A stretch of 64,000 bases of DNA, from positions 10,519-74,518 of the forward strand of contig DASZTN010000178.1 of NCBI GenBank assembly GCA_035547995.1, read 5' to 3'. Made by a program: the position numbers and the translations under genes. The notes under the pieces were generated by a model. It was given only the letters and a program-made list of their open reading frames with translations, ran no database searches and was not told the DNA's origin. How positions within the stretch are numbered: the stretch's first letter is position 1; every line of letters starts with the position of its first letter. Below are positions 1 to 9,443 of this stretch, one piece after another. The stretch comes from Bradyrhizobium sp. (GTDB lineage Bacteria > Pseudomonadota > Alphaproteobacteria > Rhizobiales > Xanthobacteraceae).

Positions 1-1
1 T

Positions 2-154
2 CCGGGACTTGGGGACCTCACCGTCGTGTCGGTGATCGGCCGCGACTTTCCGGTGATCCAGGGGATCGCCATCACGACCAGCGCGGTGTTCGTATTCATC
101 AACATCATCGTCGATCTGATCGCTTATCTGATCGATCCGCGCGTGGAGCTCTGA
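2..154 (+). CDS. ABC peptide/nickel transporter permease (DppB/OppB family), 3' end only
   Basis: Frame 2 reads PGLGDLTVVSVIGRDFPVIQGIAITTSAVFVFINIIVDLIAYLIDPRVEL*, the typical DppB C-terminus; it lies directly upstream of a DppC-like gene. Confidence 0.9.
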   Translation, partial: PGLGDLTVVSVIGRDFPVIQGIAITTSAVFVFINIIVDLIAYLIDPRVEL

Positions 155-156
155 TC

Positions 157-1074
157 ATGGCCGTCACGACGATGATCGCGGCAGACCCGGCGCTCAAGCC
201 GGCAAAGGTGCGTTCGGTCAACCGGCGGATTCTACTGGCGGCATGGCAGACGCCGAGCTTCCGGATCGGGTTTTTCGTGTTCCTGCTGCTGCTGCTGGGA
301 TCGCTGATCTACCCGCTGTTCTCGCCGATCAGCGCCACCAAGATGATCGTCAGGGAGAGATTCCTTCCGCCGCTGTGGCTCGGACCGCACTGGAGCTGGA
401 CCCATCCGCTCGGCACCGATCAACTCGGCCGCGACATGCTGATGCGATGCCTGATCGGTCTGCAATACTCGTTGCTGGTTGGCGTGGTGACTGTCGTGCT
501 GATCTTCATCATCGGGTGCGGACTGGGTCTCTGCGCTGGATTCAAGGGAAAATGGTGGGATGTCATCATCATGCGCATCACCGATGCGCAGCTCTCTATC
601 CCGATGATCATTCTGGCGATTACCATCCTGGGAGTATCGCGGCCGGAGGTGTCGACGATTATCATCGTCCTCGCCCTGTCGGGCTGGCCGCTCTACGCGC
701 GCGTGGCGCGGAGCGCGGCGGTCGCCGAGCGCGGCAAGGAATATGTCCGGGGGCTTCGGGTGCTCGGCGCGGGCGACTGGCGTATCCTTCTGCTCTATGC
801 GGCGCCGAACATCCTGCCGCCGATTGCCTTCGTCGCCGTGCTGGATGTCGCGCGGATGATGATTTTCGAGGCCATTCTCGGTTTCCTCGGGCTTGGAATT
901 CAGCCGCCGACGCCGAGCTTCGGGAGCATTATCGCTGACTCCCGCAAATATCTGATCAACGCCTGGTGGATTGCGACGATGCCGGGCATCTTCCTGGCCG
1001 TCGCGCTGACCTCGATCAATCTGATGGGATCGGCGTTGGAAAAGGCCCGCAACCGGATCTACGGAGGTCTCTGA
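157..1074 (+). CDS. ABC peptide transporter permease (DppC/OppC family)
   Basis: HPLGTDQLGRD motif, hydrophobic helices, LGFLGLGIQPPTPSFG motif. Confidence 0.95.
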   Translation: MAVTTMIAADPALKPAKVRSVNRRILLAAWQTPSFRIGFFVFLLLLLGSLIYPLFSPISATKMIVRERFLPPLWLGPHWSWTHPLGTDQLGRDMLMRCLIGLQYSLLVGVVTVVLIFIIGCGLGLCAGFKGKWWDVIIMRITDAQLSIPMIILAITILGVSRPEVSTIIIVLALSGWPLYARVARSAAVAERGKEYVRGLRVLGAGDWRILLLYAAPNILPPIAFVAVLDVARMMIFEAILGFLGLGIQPPTPSFGSIIADSRKYLINAWWIATMPGIFLAVALTSINLMGSALEKARNRIYGGL

Positions 1075-1075
1075 T

Positions 1076-2899
1076 ATGGATGATCTGTCCCGCATCCTCA
1101 CCGTCGAGAACCTGTCCGTCGGGCCGGTCGGATCGGGAACAGCGCCGATCCTCGAAGGCATCAGCTTCAGCCTCGACACCTCGGACATTTTCGGAGTCTA
1201 TGGCGAAAGCGGTGCGGGAAAGTCGATCCTCGGCCGCGCATTGGCAAACTGGCTTCCGGAAAGCCTGTCCTATCGCGCCGGCCGGGTCTTGTTCGCTGGC
1301 AACGATCTTCTCGGAAAGGGCGCGGAGGAGGTCCGGATCGGTCGTGATATCGCCTATGTCGGATCGAAGCCGCAAAGCTCGCTCGATCCGACCGTTCCGG
1401 TCGGCCGCCAGATCGCAGAAAAGCTGCAGTGCGTCCGTCCGGGGTGGACCGCGAAGGAATGCCGCGAGCGCGTGGTACAGCTTCTTGCCGAGGTGAGAAT
1501 TCCATCGCCAAAGGAACGCTACTGGGATTATCCGTCGAAATTCTCCGGCGGCATGATGCAGCGCGCGATGATCGTCGATGCCATCTGCGCCGAGCCCGCC
1601 GTGCTGATCGCGGATAACATTACCCAGCCGCTCGACGTTACGATCGCGATGCAGATTGTGGAACTGGTTCACGACCTTTGCCTGCGCCACAAGATGGCGA
1701 CCATCTACCTGTCGTCGTCATTATCAACGCTCGGCCAGCTCGGGCGCCGGACTGCGGTGCTGCATGGCGGGCGGCTGATCGAGGAGCAGGACTTTACGGA
1801 TCTGATCAGGGCGCCGAAAACCGACTACACGCGCAAGGCGATCGCAAGCGTGCCGCGGATGTGGTCGACCTCCGAGGGGCCTCTGGCTCGCCGCCACGCG
1901 GAAGGCGACGTGCCGCTGATGCAGGTCGAGAACGTTCACCGCACTTACCGGGCTCGTAAGCGGGGAACTTTCAACACCTACAGCAACGTGCAGGCAGTAC
2001 GCGGCGTGACGCTGGACATCATGCCGCGCGAGAACTTCGGCATCGTCGGTGAATCTGGCTGCGGCAAGTCGACATTGACGCGGCTCCTGGCTTGGCTCGA
2101 GGCGCCGGACCAGGGAAGCATTGTCCTGAACGGGACGTCGCTTGCGATGCTGTCGCCGGGCGAGCTGATCAGGAAACGAAACGAATTTCAGCTTCTGCTG
2201 CAAGACCCCTACAATGCCTTGCCGCCGCGAACCACTGTCGGTCGGATGATCGAGGAAAGCCTTCTCATCCGTGAGAAGCTGCCGCGGGACGAACTTCGCG
2301 CCCGCGTAACCAAAGCCATGACGGAAGTTGGCCTGGCTGTCGATCTCTACGATCAGCTGCCGAACGCCTTGTCCACCGGCGAGCGGCAGCGCATCTCGAT
2401 CGCGCGTGCGCTGATCCTCAATCCCAAGCTGCTGATCCTCGATGAGACGTTGTCCGCACTGGACCAGCGCGAGCAGGGACGGTTGATCGACCTGTTCTCC
2501 AGGCTCCAGGAAAAGAACGACCTCACCTATGTATTCATCTCGCACGATCTCGCCATGGTGCGGAAAGTGTGTACACGAATCGCCGTTATGTATCTTGGCG
2601 AGATGGTCGAAATCGCCGACAACAACGAGCTGTTCTTCGATCCCCAGCATCCATACACCAAGGCGCTGCTGTCCGCTGCGCCGACATTGGAAGAAAGACC
2701 GTTCGATCCCAGCGATTTCCTGCTCGATGGCGAGCCGCCAAGCCCGATCGACATTCCGGCGGGCTGCAGCTTTGCGTCGCGTTGCCCGAAAGTTTTCGGG
2801 CGCTGCCGCGTCGAGGCACCGCAGCTTGTCGAGCACGCGCCGGGCCGCTTGGCCGCCTGTCATCTGCTCGACGGCACTCCGGCGCAGCAGGCAGCCTGA
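1076..2899 (+). CDS. Fused double-domain ABC ATPase (DppD-DppF type)
   Basis: Two Walker A motifs (GESGAGKS, GESGCGKS), HPYT motif, C-terminal GCSFASRC...C...AACH cysteine motif. Confidence 0.95.
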   Translation: MDDLSRILTVENLSVGPVGSGTAPILEGISFSLDTSDIFGVYGESGAGKSILGRALANWLPESLSYRAGRVLFAGNDLLGKGAEEVRIGRDIAYVGSKPQSSLDPTVPVGRQIAEKLQCVRPGWTAKECRERVVQLLAEVRIPSPKERYWDYPSKFSGGMMQRAMIVDAICAEPAVLIADNITQPLDVTIAMQIVELVHDLCLRHKMATIYLSSSLSTLGQLGRRTAVLHGGRLIEEQDFTDLIRAPKTDYTRKAIASVPRMWSTSEGPLARRHAEGDVPLMQVENVHRTYRARKRGTFNTYSNVQAVRGVTLDIMPRENFGIVGESGCGKSTLTRLLAWLEAPDQGSIVLNGTSLAMLSPGELIRKRNEFQLLLQDPYNALPPRTTVGRMIEESLLIREKLPRDELRARVTKAMTEVGLAVDLYDQLPNALSTGERQRISIARALILNPKLLILDETLSALDQREQGRLIDLFSRLQEKNDLTYVFISHDLAMVRKVCTRIAVMYLGEMVEIADNNELFFDPQHPYTKALLSAAPTLEERPFDPSDFLLDGEPPSPIDIPAGCSFASRCPKVFGRCRVEAPQLVEHAPGRLAACHLLDGTPAQQAA

Positions 2900-2930
2900 A
2901 CCGGTCCTTCGGGATATTCTGCCAGCCGGG

Positions 2931-4352
2931 TCAGGTGCGCGGCCGGAACGGCCAATCCATCGTCAGCGTCCGCATCTCTTCGAGTGCTTTGGTTACCTGA
3001 AGCACGCCAAGGTCATCGAATCGATGTCCGATGACCTGAACGCCGATCGGCAGGTGGCGATCATCGAAGGCCATGCAGACCGTCGAGGCCGGCTGGCAGG
3101 TCTGGTTGAACATCGCGGTGAAGAGGGTATGTTCGAGCGGTTTCTCGCGCGAGACGCCAGGCTCTTCGGCAGGAAAATTCACGACCGGAAGCGTAGGTGC
3201 GATGACGTAGTCCCAGCCCTCGAACGCGGCCAGCAGGCTGGTTTTCATCCGTGCTATCGCGCTCAGGGCACGATAGACGTCAGGACCAGAATGCCTGGCG
3301 CCATTGCGACACCAGTCGCGGACATAGGGATTGATATCGCCGGCACCATCGCTGTGCGGCGGCAACGCGCTGTATTCGACGAAACCACGGACCTGAAGGA
3401 ACAGGTCGATGGGCGCGTAGGCGTCGTCGGTCAACGGCGACTTGAATGGTTCGACACTCGCTCCGGCCGCGGCGAGAAGCTTCGCAGCAGCCTGTACTGC
3501 AGTTCGAACGGCCGGCTCCGGCTTCGCTCCGAATCCCATATCGAGCAGGACGCCGATCCGAAGTCCCTTGATGTCGCGTCCGAGTGCCTCGTGGTAGCGC
3601 GTGCCGTCGGCTGGAAAACTCCAGGTGTCACGCTCGTCCCGGCGGGCCAGCACGGTCAGCATCCGCGCGATATCGTCGACACTGCGGCCCATCGGTCCGG
3701 CCATGCGCATCGTGTCGGCAGGAAGGTGCGGTACGCGGCCGTGGGTCGGTTTCAAGGAGACGAGACCGCAATGCGATGCCGGCAGGCGTATCGATCCCGC
3801 AATGTCTGTTCCGACCGAGACATATCCGGCGCCGGCGGCCAGCGACGCCCCGGCGCCCGCTGACGAGCCGCCGGTATTCCAGCTCAGGCCCCAGGGGTTG
3901 CGTGTCACGCCGTGCAGCGAACTGATGCCGGATGCCATCAGTCCGCAATCGGGCATGGTGGTCTTGGCGAAGATCACTGCGCCGGCCTCGCGCAGTGCGA
4001 TGGCGGGTGGCGAATCGTAGTTCGATGGTGGAAGCGCTCTGTTGGCGCCGATACCATGGAAATAGGGCCAGCCGACCATCGCAACGCTGTCCTTGACCGT
4101 GACCGGGACACCATCCAACGGTCCAAGCGCCTCGGCTTTTTTCCAGCGCACTTCCGAATCCCGGGCGCGGGCCGCAGCCTCTTCCGGCCTGAATGAGAAC
4201 AGCGCATTGATGGAGGAATTGACGGCGTCCGCATGGTCGAGATTGCTCCGCAATACCTCAACCGGTGAGAGCTCGCGCGCAGCATAGGCCTTCGCCATAT
4301 CGGACAAGCTCATGCCGATCACATCCGTTGTCGCCACATGCGCTCCTTGCAA
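2931..4352 (-). CDS. Amidase-signature family amidase (start uncertain)
   Basis: Catalytic Lys in VTVKD, GGSSAG, GTDIAGSIRLPAS. Confidence 0.92.
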   Translation of the reverse strand: MQGAHVATTDVIGMSLSDMAKAYAARELSPVEVLRSNLDHADAVNSSINALFSFRPEEAAARARDSEVRWKKAEALGPLDGVPVTVKDSVAMVGWPYFHGIGANRALPPSNYDSPPAIALREAGAVIFAKTTMPDCGLMASGISSLHGVTRNPWGLSWNTGGSSAGAGASLAAGAGYVSVGTDIAGSIRLPASHCGLVSLKPTHGRVPHLPADTMRMAGPMGRSVDDIARMLTVLARRDERDTWSFPADGTRYHEALGRDIKGLRIGVLLDMGFGAKPEPAVRTAVQAAAKLLAAAGASVEPFKSPLTDDAYAPIDLFLQVRGFVEYSALPPHSDGAGDINPYVRDWCRNGARHSGPDVYRALSAIARMKTSLLAAFEGWDYVIAPTLPVVNFPAEEPGVSREKPLEHTLFTAMFNQTCQPASTVCMAFDDRHLPIGVQVIGHRFDDLGVLQVTKALEEMRTLTMDWPFRPRT

Positions 4353-4427
4353 TGGTTCGTCCTTCCACGGCCGTCATAACGTGTTGGACGCCTGTCGGTA
4401 GATGATTGCAGGCACAAGCAAAACTTG

Positions 4428-4515
4428 GTGGAGCGGTGGGCATCCCTTTTGCATGTACGTTGACCAAACTGCTCCGGCATCGCCCTGATCAGCAAGGGAT
4501 GTCGACCGTGTGGAG
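4428..4515 (+). promoter_or_regulatory. Motif shared with 22465-22547; includes a possible sigma54 -24/-12 element (GG-N10-GC at 4439-4452)
   Basis: GTGGAGCGGTGGGCATCCCTTTTGCA ... GCAAGGGATGTCG ... TGGAG in the divergent amidase/kinase intergenic region. Confidence 0.4.
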
Positions 4516-4529
4516 ATCCGAAGACTGCC

Positions 4530-5486
4530 ATGAGTGAGCCTGGAAACGAGTCAGCCGTTATCCGGAAATTGATTGGATCGTTGGCTGGATGGGAATCGGA
4601 TGGGATTGTACTGGAGCCAGCCATTCCGGTTCTTGCATCTCCAAGTTGGCGCGGTGTTGATGGCGCCCCCTGGCGGGCAGTCCGCAAACGGGATGGTGCC
4701 AGCCTTTTTATCAAGGCGATGGATACGGATGCCGCGTTGTATATCGACATTCCCTGCGCATTCGAGGCGGCGCGCCGCGCGTCCGACTTGGGAATCGGGC
4801 CAAGGATTTTCGCGGCTGACGTTGATGCCGGGATTCTGGTCATGGAAGACTTGAACGCAGGCTGGCGTGTCGGCGGATTGGAGCGGATGCTCGAACCCGG
4901 GGTCGTCGATGCGATCATCACAGCCCGGCAGGCGTTCCAGCAGGGCGCCCCGCTCCCGCGCCGAGTAACGGTGTTCGACGAGATCGAACGTTTCTATGCG
5001 GCAGTGCAGGCGGCGAATGCCCAGATTCCGTCCGACACCGCATGGATGGTCGATGAAATCCGGTTCGCTGCCGAGGCTTTTACAGGACTTGCGATCAAGG
5101 CGGTTCCGATTCACGCCGATGGGAATGTCTCGAATATCATGATCAGCGACGCCGGCGAGGTGAGGCTGGTGGATTGGGACAGAGCGACGACGGCCGATCC
5201 ACTGGAAGATCTCGGCAGTTTCCTGGTCGAGGCGTTCGGGCAGGAGCCAGAAGCGCGCGATGCGTATAGCCGCGCCTTCGGTTCGTTCGACGAAGGCGCA
5301 TTCAGCCGTGCGCGGGTTTATGGCATTGCCGATGACCTGCGATGGGGCTTGATCGGTGCGCTTCTCGCGGCAAAATCTCCTCGCAATACCATGGAATTCT
5401 ACAAGTTCGCGAGCTGGCGTTTCCTTCGCTGCCGCATGGCCGTGCGCGAGCCGCATTTCGGGGAGCTGCTGCGGAGGATGTCATGA
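4530..5486 (+). CDS. Choline/ethanolamine-kinase / APH-like phosphotransferase (kinase A)
   Basis: Brenner motif IHADGNVSN followed by RLVDWD. Confidence 0.85.
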   Translation: MSEPGNESAVIRKLIGSLAGWESDGIVLEPAIPVLASPSWRGVDGAPWRAVRKRDGASLFIKAMDTDAALYIDIPCAFEAARRASDLGIGPRIFAADVDAGILVMEDLNAGWRVGGLERMLEPGVVDAIITARQAFQQGAPLPRRVTVFDEIERFYAAVQAANAQIPSDTAWMVDEIRFAAEAFTGLAIKAVPIHADGNVSNIMISDAGEVRLVDWDRATTADPLEDLGSFLVEAFGQEPEARDAYSRAFGSFDEGAFSRARVYGIADDLRWGLIGALLAAKSPRNTMEFYKFASWRFLRCRMAVREPHFGELLRRMS

Positions 5487-6442
5487 CCGTGCGCCGCAAT
5501 CTTGGAGAAGCGCTGTCCATCCACGAACGCAATCTCGAGGCGGCGGTGGCGCGGGTGCCGCAGTGGAGCGGCAAGGCGATCTCATACATGCCGCTCGTCG
5601 GCGGCCTGATGAACCAGAATTGGCTTGTCGATGTTGCCGGCGATTGCCGACGTTACTTTGTCAAAGTACCCGGCGAAGGGTCGGAAATGTTCATCGACCG
5701 CATTGCTGCCAACGAGGCGGCGCGGAATGCGCATGCCATGGGGCTGGCGCCCGAGGTGATTTTTTTTGATGCTGGCGATGGTCTCGAGGTCAGCGAATTC
5801 CTCGAAGGATATCGCGCTTGCACCAATGCTGATTTCGGCGACCCCGCCATCCAGTCGGACGTTCTGGAATTGTATCGCCGGTTGCACGCCGGTCCGCAGC
5901 TTGGGCTGACCAAGACCATCTTCGACATGATCGAAGAGCATATCGAGCAGGGGCGGGAGCTCGGCTCGGCGTTTCCCGCCGACATGCCCTGGTTGATGCA
6001 CCGTTACAGTCAGGCCAAGGCTGCATTCATGGCTTCGGGGCTGGACTTGGTGCCGTGTTTCAATGATCCGATGCCCGGCAATTTCCTCATTGACGCCGAG
6101 GCAGCCGCAACGCCGAAGCCGATGCGTCTGATCGATTACGAATTCGCATCCAACAACGAACGCAGCTACGAACTCGGTGTGCTGTTCGCGGAAATGTTCT
6201 TCGACGAGCAAACGACCACCCAGTTGGTCGAGCAATATCTTGGATCGGCCGATGCCGGGATGGTGGCGCGCGTCATTGTCAACCGGGCGTTGGCGGACCT
6301 GAAATGGGCGTCATGGGCCGTCGTCAATCGCAGGCTGAAGGAATGGGATTTTGACTATCAGAAATATGGCGTGTGGAAGTATATGCGCGCGCGTGACGTG
6401 ATGTCCGACCCTCGCTGGGAGAGCTGGCTGCGCCTGGTGTGA
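5483..6442 (+). CDS. Choline/ethanolamine-kinase-family phosphotransferase (kinase B1)
   Basis: GGLMNQN, YFVKVPG, CFNDPMPGN, LIDYEFAS; ATGA overlap with the upstream kinase. Confidence 0.88.
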   Translation: MTVRRNLGEALSIHERNLEAAVARVPQWSGKAISYMPLVGGLMNQNWLVDVAGDCRRYFVKVPGEGSEMFIDRIAANEAARNAHAMGLAPEVIFFDAGDGLEVSEFLEGYRACTNADFGDPAIQSDVLELYRRLHAGPQLGLTKTIFDMIEEHIEQGRELGSAFPADMPWLMHRYSQAKAAFMASGLDLVPCFNDPMPGNFLIDAEAAATPKPMRLIDYEFASNNERSYELGVLFAEMFFDEQTTTQLVEQYLGSADAGMVARVIVNRALADLKWASWAVVNRRLKEWDFDYQKYGVWKYMRARDVMSDPRWESWLRLV

Positions 6443-6465
6443 CAGCTTCCGCAGCTACACAGCAA

Positions 6466-7338
6466 TCAGGCTTGAAGAATGGCCAAGGCCTGCTCCAGCA
6501 GTGCCTCGTTGGCCGCGGCGATCACCCGGCCGTCGGAGCGAGGTGTCAGGGGCTGGCCTTGCCAGTCGCGGATGACGCCGCCGGCACCTTCCACGACGGG
6601 GATGAGCGCCATGAAGTCGAACGATTTCAGCGAGGTTTCGACGACGAGATCGCAATATCCCGATGCCAGCAATCCATAGAGATAGCAGTCGCCGCCGAAC
6701 CGGCGAAACATCGCCTTGCGGCTCAGCGCCTCGTAGCGCTCCCAATCCTCAGGCGAGAAGAAATCCGGTGACGATGTATAGATCTGCGTTTCGTCCAGGG
6801 TTTTCACCCGGCTCACGCGCGCAGCCACGTCGTTGAAGGTGGTACCGATCGGCGTGCCGAACCATCGCTCGTTCATCGCGGGCGCATCGATCATGCCGGC
6901 GATCACAGAGTTGCTTTCCTCGTCGGCGAGGGCGACCAACGTCCCGAACAACGGCATTCCGGAAATGAAACTCTTGGTTCCGTCAATTGGATCCAGATAC
7001 CATGTGTAGCGCCGCCCCGGGGTCGCGCCAGATTCTTCACCGAGCAAGCCGTGATCGGGAAAACGGTGGGCGATGCGTCGGCGAAGTTCCTGCTCGATGT
7101 TCTGATCGGCGATAGTGACCGGAGTGCGATCGGATTTGCGCTCGAAGCCAAGGTTCGACCGGAAATATTTCAGGGCAATTGTCCTGGCCGCATCGGCGAG
7201 CTCATTAAAAAAAGACGCCAGTTCGCCGGCGGACAGTCCATCCTTGGTCGGAGTCAAGAGCCTCTCTCCAGAGATCGGGTGCCATAACTGGCCATCGAGT
7301 AAGATGCAGTCGTCGTCATGCGCGCTCGTGGATGACAC
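6466..7338 (-). CDS. Inositol-monophosphatase-family phosphatase (HisN/histidinol-phosphate phosphatase-like)
   Basis: PVTIAD, LGEE, WYLDPIDGTKSFISG, RFGGDCY, DFMALIPVVEGAGG. Confidence 0.9.
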   Translation of the reverse strand: MSSTSAHDDDCILLDGQLWHPISGERLLTPTKDGLSAGELASFFNELADAARTIALKYFRSNLGFERKSDRTPVTIADQNIEQELRRRIAHRFPDHGLLGEESGATPGRRYTWYLDPIDGTKSFISGMPLFGTLVALADEESNSVIAGMIDAPAMNERWFGTPIGTTFNDVAARVSRVKTLDETQIYTSSPDFFSPEDWERYEALSRKAMFRRFGGDCYLYGLLASGYCDLVVETSLKSFDFMALIPVVEGAGGVIRDWQGQPLTPRSDGRVIAAANEALLEQALAILQA

Positions 7339-8338
7339 GACGTTTGTGCGAGCCCTGATAGGACCCGTCGAAGTAGCCAGATCCGAGATTGCAGGATGAA
7401 TTGCTCACCAGTGGTCCGAGCCGGTCGGCAACAATCGCGGGCTGCGGCTCCTGGATAACGGCCTGTCTTGCATCGCGCGGGGCTATCCTGAAGTGACGGC
7501 TGAAGCTGCGCGAGAAATGCGAAACGTTTTTGAAGCCGACCTCGTAGGCGACTTCCGCCACCGTTCGCCGGCCATGGGGATCGGCAACGAGGATTTCGTA
7601 AGCGCGTTGCAGCCGCTTGGACTGCACAAACTGGCCGACGGTGGTGTCGTTGTCATTGAACAGGCTGTAGAGATAGCTCAGCGAGATCCGGCTGCTGGCA
7701 GCAATCTTTTTCGGCGACAGGTTCGGATCGCCGAGATGGCTTTCGATGAATTCGACGATACGCCGCCGCAAATGATAGCGTGCATTGCGTACATCGGTTG
7801 CGGCGCCGCGATCCTCGGCGTTGATGGTCAGGGCAGCCAGGCTGATGACTTCGGTGGCCAGGGCCTGCGGATTGGGGGGAGAAGCATCCGCAAAAAGCTG
7901 GGCGACATTCCTGATAAGGCAGTTCAGAAGTCTCGCCATCTGTTCGTTGGCCCGGAAGCGCCGGCTGAGGTGATCATCGACCGACAACAGCCGGCCGCGC
8001 AGCTCGGCGACCGGGACGCGAAGCAGCAACAGATCCGTGCGCCCGTCCGCCGACAGCTTGTAGAACGCCAGCTCGCTTAGAAGCACATATTCGTCGGGGC
8101 CGACGATGCCGATGCGTCCATCTTGACTGAACATCACCCGACCGGTCAGCGGAAAGACGAAGACATAATTGGCCTCCGCGGCGTCCGATGCGCGTTTCCA
8201 GTTTCCGGTAAAGGGACGCTCAGACAGGATGGATTCGAAGTGCAGTCGCCCGATGCGGAAGTGACGAGCCGGTACCATATCGTCGGCAAGGCCTGAACCG
8301 CGATCATCTCGTGTTGCAACCGGTGAAAAGCATGCCAT
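7316..8338 (-). CDS. AraC-family transcriptional regulator (FeaR-like N-terminal domain)
   Basis: C-terminal double HTH (IAASSRISLSYLY...VAEVAYEVGFKNVSHFSRSF); start set at ATG 8338, just after the DeoR stop. Confidence 0.9.
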   Translation of the reverse strand: MACFSPVATRDDRGSGLADDMVPARHFRIGRLHFESILSERPFTGNWKRASDAAEANYVFVFPLTGRVMFSQDGRIGIVGPDEYVLLSELAFYKLSADGRTDLLLLRVPVAELRGRLLSVDDHLSRRFRANEQMARLLNCLIRNVAQLFADASPPNPQALATEVISLAALTINAEDRGAATDVRNARYHLRRRIVEFIESHLGDPNLSPKKIAASSRISLSYLYSLFNDNDTTVGQFVQSKRLQRAYEILVADPHGRRTVAEVAYEVGFKNVSHFSRSFSRHFRIAPRDARQAVIQEPQPAIVADRLGPLVSNSSCNLGSGYFDGSYQGSHKRRVIHERA

Positions 8339-8342
8339 CGCT

Positions 8343-9185
8343 TCAGCCTTTCTTCGTTGGGGCGACGATAACTTCCGTCCCCGCAGCTCTGAGTGCAGAC
8401 GCCAACGCGCCATCAGGGTGTTGATCGGTGACGAGAAAGTCGATGTCGGTCCATTGCGCGAACACCGTCAGTGCGCGCTGATCGAATTTGGTGTGGTCGG
8501 CGACGATGATGGATTCCGCGGCGCGCTTGACCATCGCGCCGTAGATCGCGCCGGCTTCGTCGTCCGCGTCGTTGACGCCGCGAGCACTGATTCCAGTGGC
8601 GCCGACGATCGCCCGGTTTACTTCGTAACTGTTGATACTGGCGATCGTCTGCGACCCGAACACGTAGCCTTCGCTCGGATGATAGCGGCCGGGACAACAC
8701 AGTACGCGGATAGACGTGTTGCCGGACAGAGCGGCGGCGAGCGCGTAGTCATTGACGATGACGGTGATGTCGTGGGCTCGCGCCGCGAGCCGCCGCGCAA
8801 CGTGAAATGTCGTCGCGCCGGCGCCCAGCATGAGAACTTCATTAGGGCCGATCAGACCTGCGACGGCGTCACCAATAGCTTCGCGCTCGGCGGTCATGAT
8901 CGCCTTGCGATCGGTCAAGGCCGGTTCCAACGCAAACGGCCGGGATGCTCCGCCATAGGTTCGATTGATGAGCTTTTGCTCCTGAAGCTCCATCAGGTCG
9001 CGACGGATGGTTTCGCCCGAGACCCCAAGACTGGCCGCCAGTTCAGAGGCGCGCAGCGTGGGCGCGGCGGTCAGTTGGGAAATGATGTGCTTCTGGCGCT
9101 CCAGTTTCGACAGGCGGTCGCTTTCCGGTTTTCGCGGAGCCTTGTCGATCAATGGACCTGCAGTTGTCAGCCGTTCGTTCGCCAT
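8343..9185 (-). CDS. DeoR/GlpR-family transcriptional regulator
   Basis: HTH ELAASLGVSGETIRRDL, RTYGGA, ADHTKF. Confidence 0.93.
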   Translation of the reverse strand: MANERLTTAGPLIDKAPRKPESDRLSKLERQKHIISQLTAAPTLRASELAASLGVSGETIRRDLMELQEQKLINRTYGGASRPFALEPALTDRKAIMTAEREAIGDAVAGLIGPNEVLMLGAGATTFHVARRLAARAHDITVIVNDYALAAALSGNTSIRVLCCPGRYHPSEGYVFGSQTIASINSYEVNRAIVGATGISARGVNDADDEAGAIYGAMVKRAAESIIVADHTKFDQRALTVFAQWTDIDFLVTDQHPDGALASALRAAGTEVIVAPTKKG

Positions 9186-9249
9186 TCGACGCTTTCGCTG
9201 TTCCTGCCACGGCTCCCGGGGGCCTCTCTCCAAATCTTTCTGATCAGAT

Positions 9250-9286
9250 CGTGGATGTCTACACTATATATGTGGCACTTCCCTCA
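9250..9286. promoter_or_regulatory. Putative DeoR operator sites (TGTGG-N6-CCACA-like), tandem pair
   Basis: TGTGGCACTTCCCTCA at 9271-9286 and a weaker CGTGGATGTCTACACT at 9250-9265, 21 bp apart. Confidence 0.45.
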
Positions 9287-9443
9287 TTTTTTGGGCGGCG
9301 CCTTGCCCATGTTCTGAGCGCCGGCGGGCGCGCTCCCGGCAAGCGGCGAGCAGAATCCGCGGTTTTTTCTGCCCTCCAAGCGGTCAGTACGCCTGAATCT
9401 CCTGTAATTCATGCCGCTGGCTTTGACGGGGGGAGCTGTCGGT

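Noticed and set aside
4530-6442. Aminoglycoside-resistance (APH) interpretation
   Set aside because: The motifs and catabolic context fit choline-kinase-like metabolic enzymes; no mobile or resistance context
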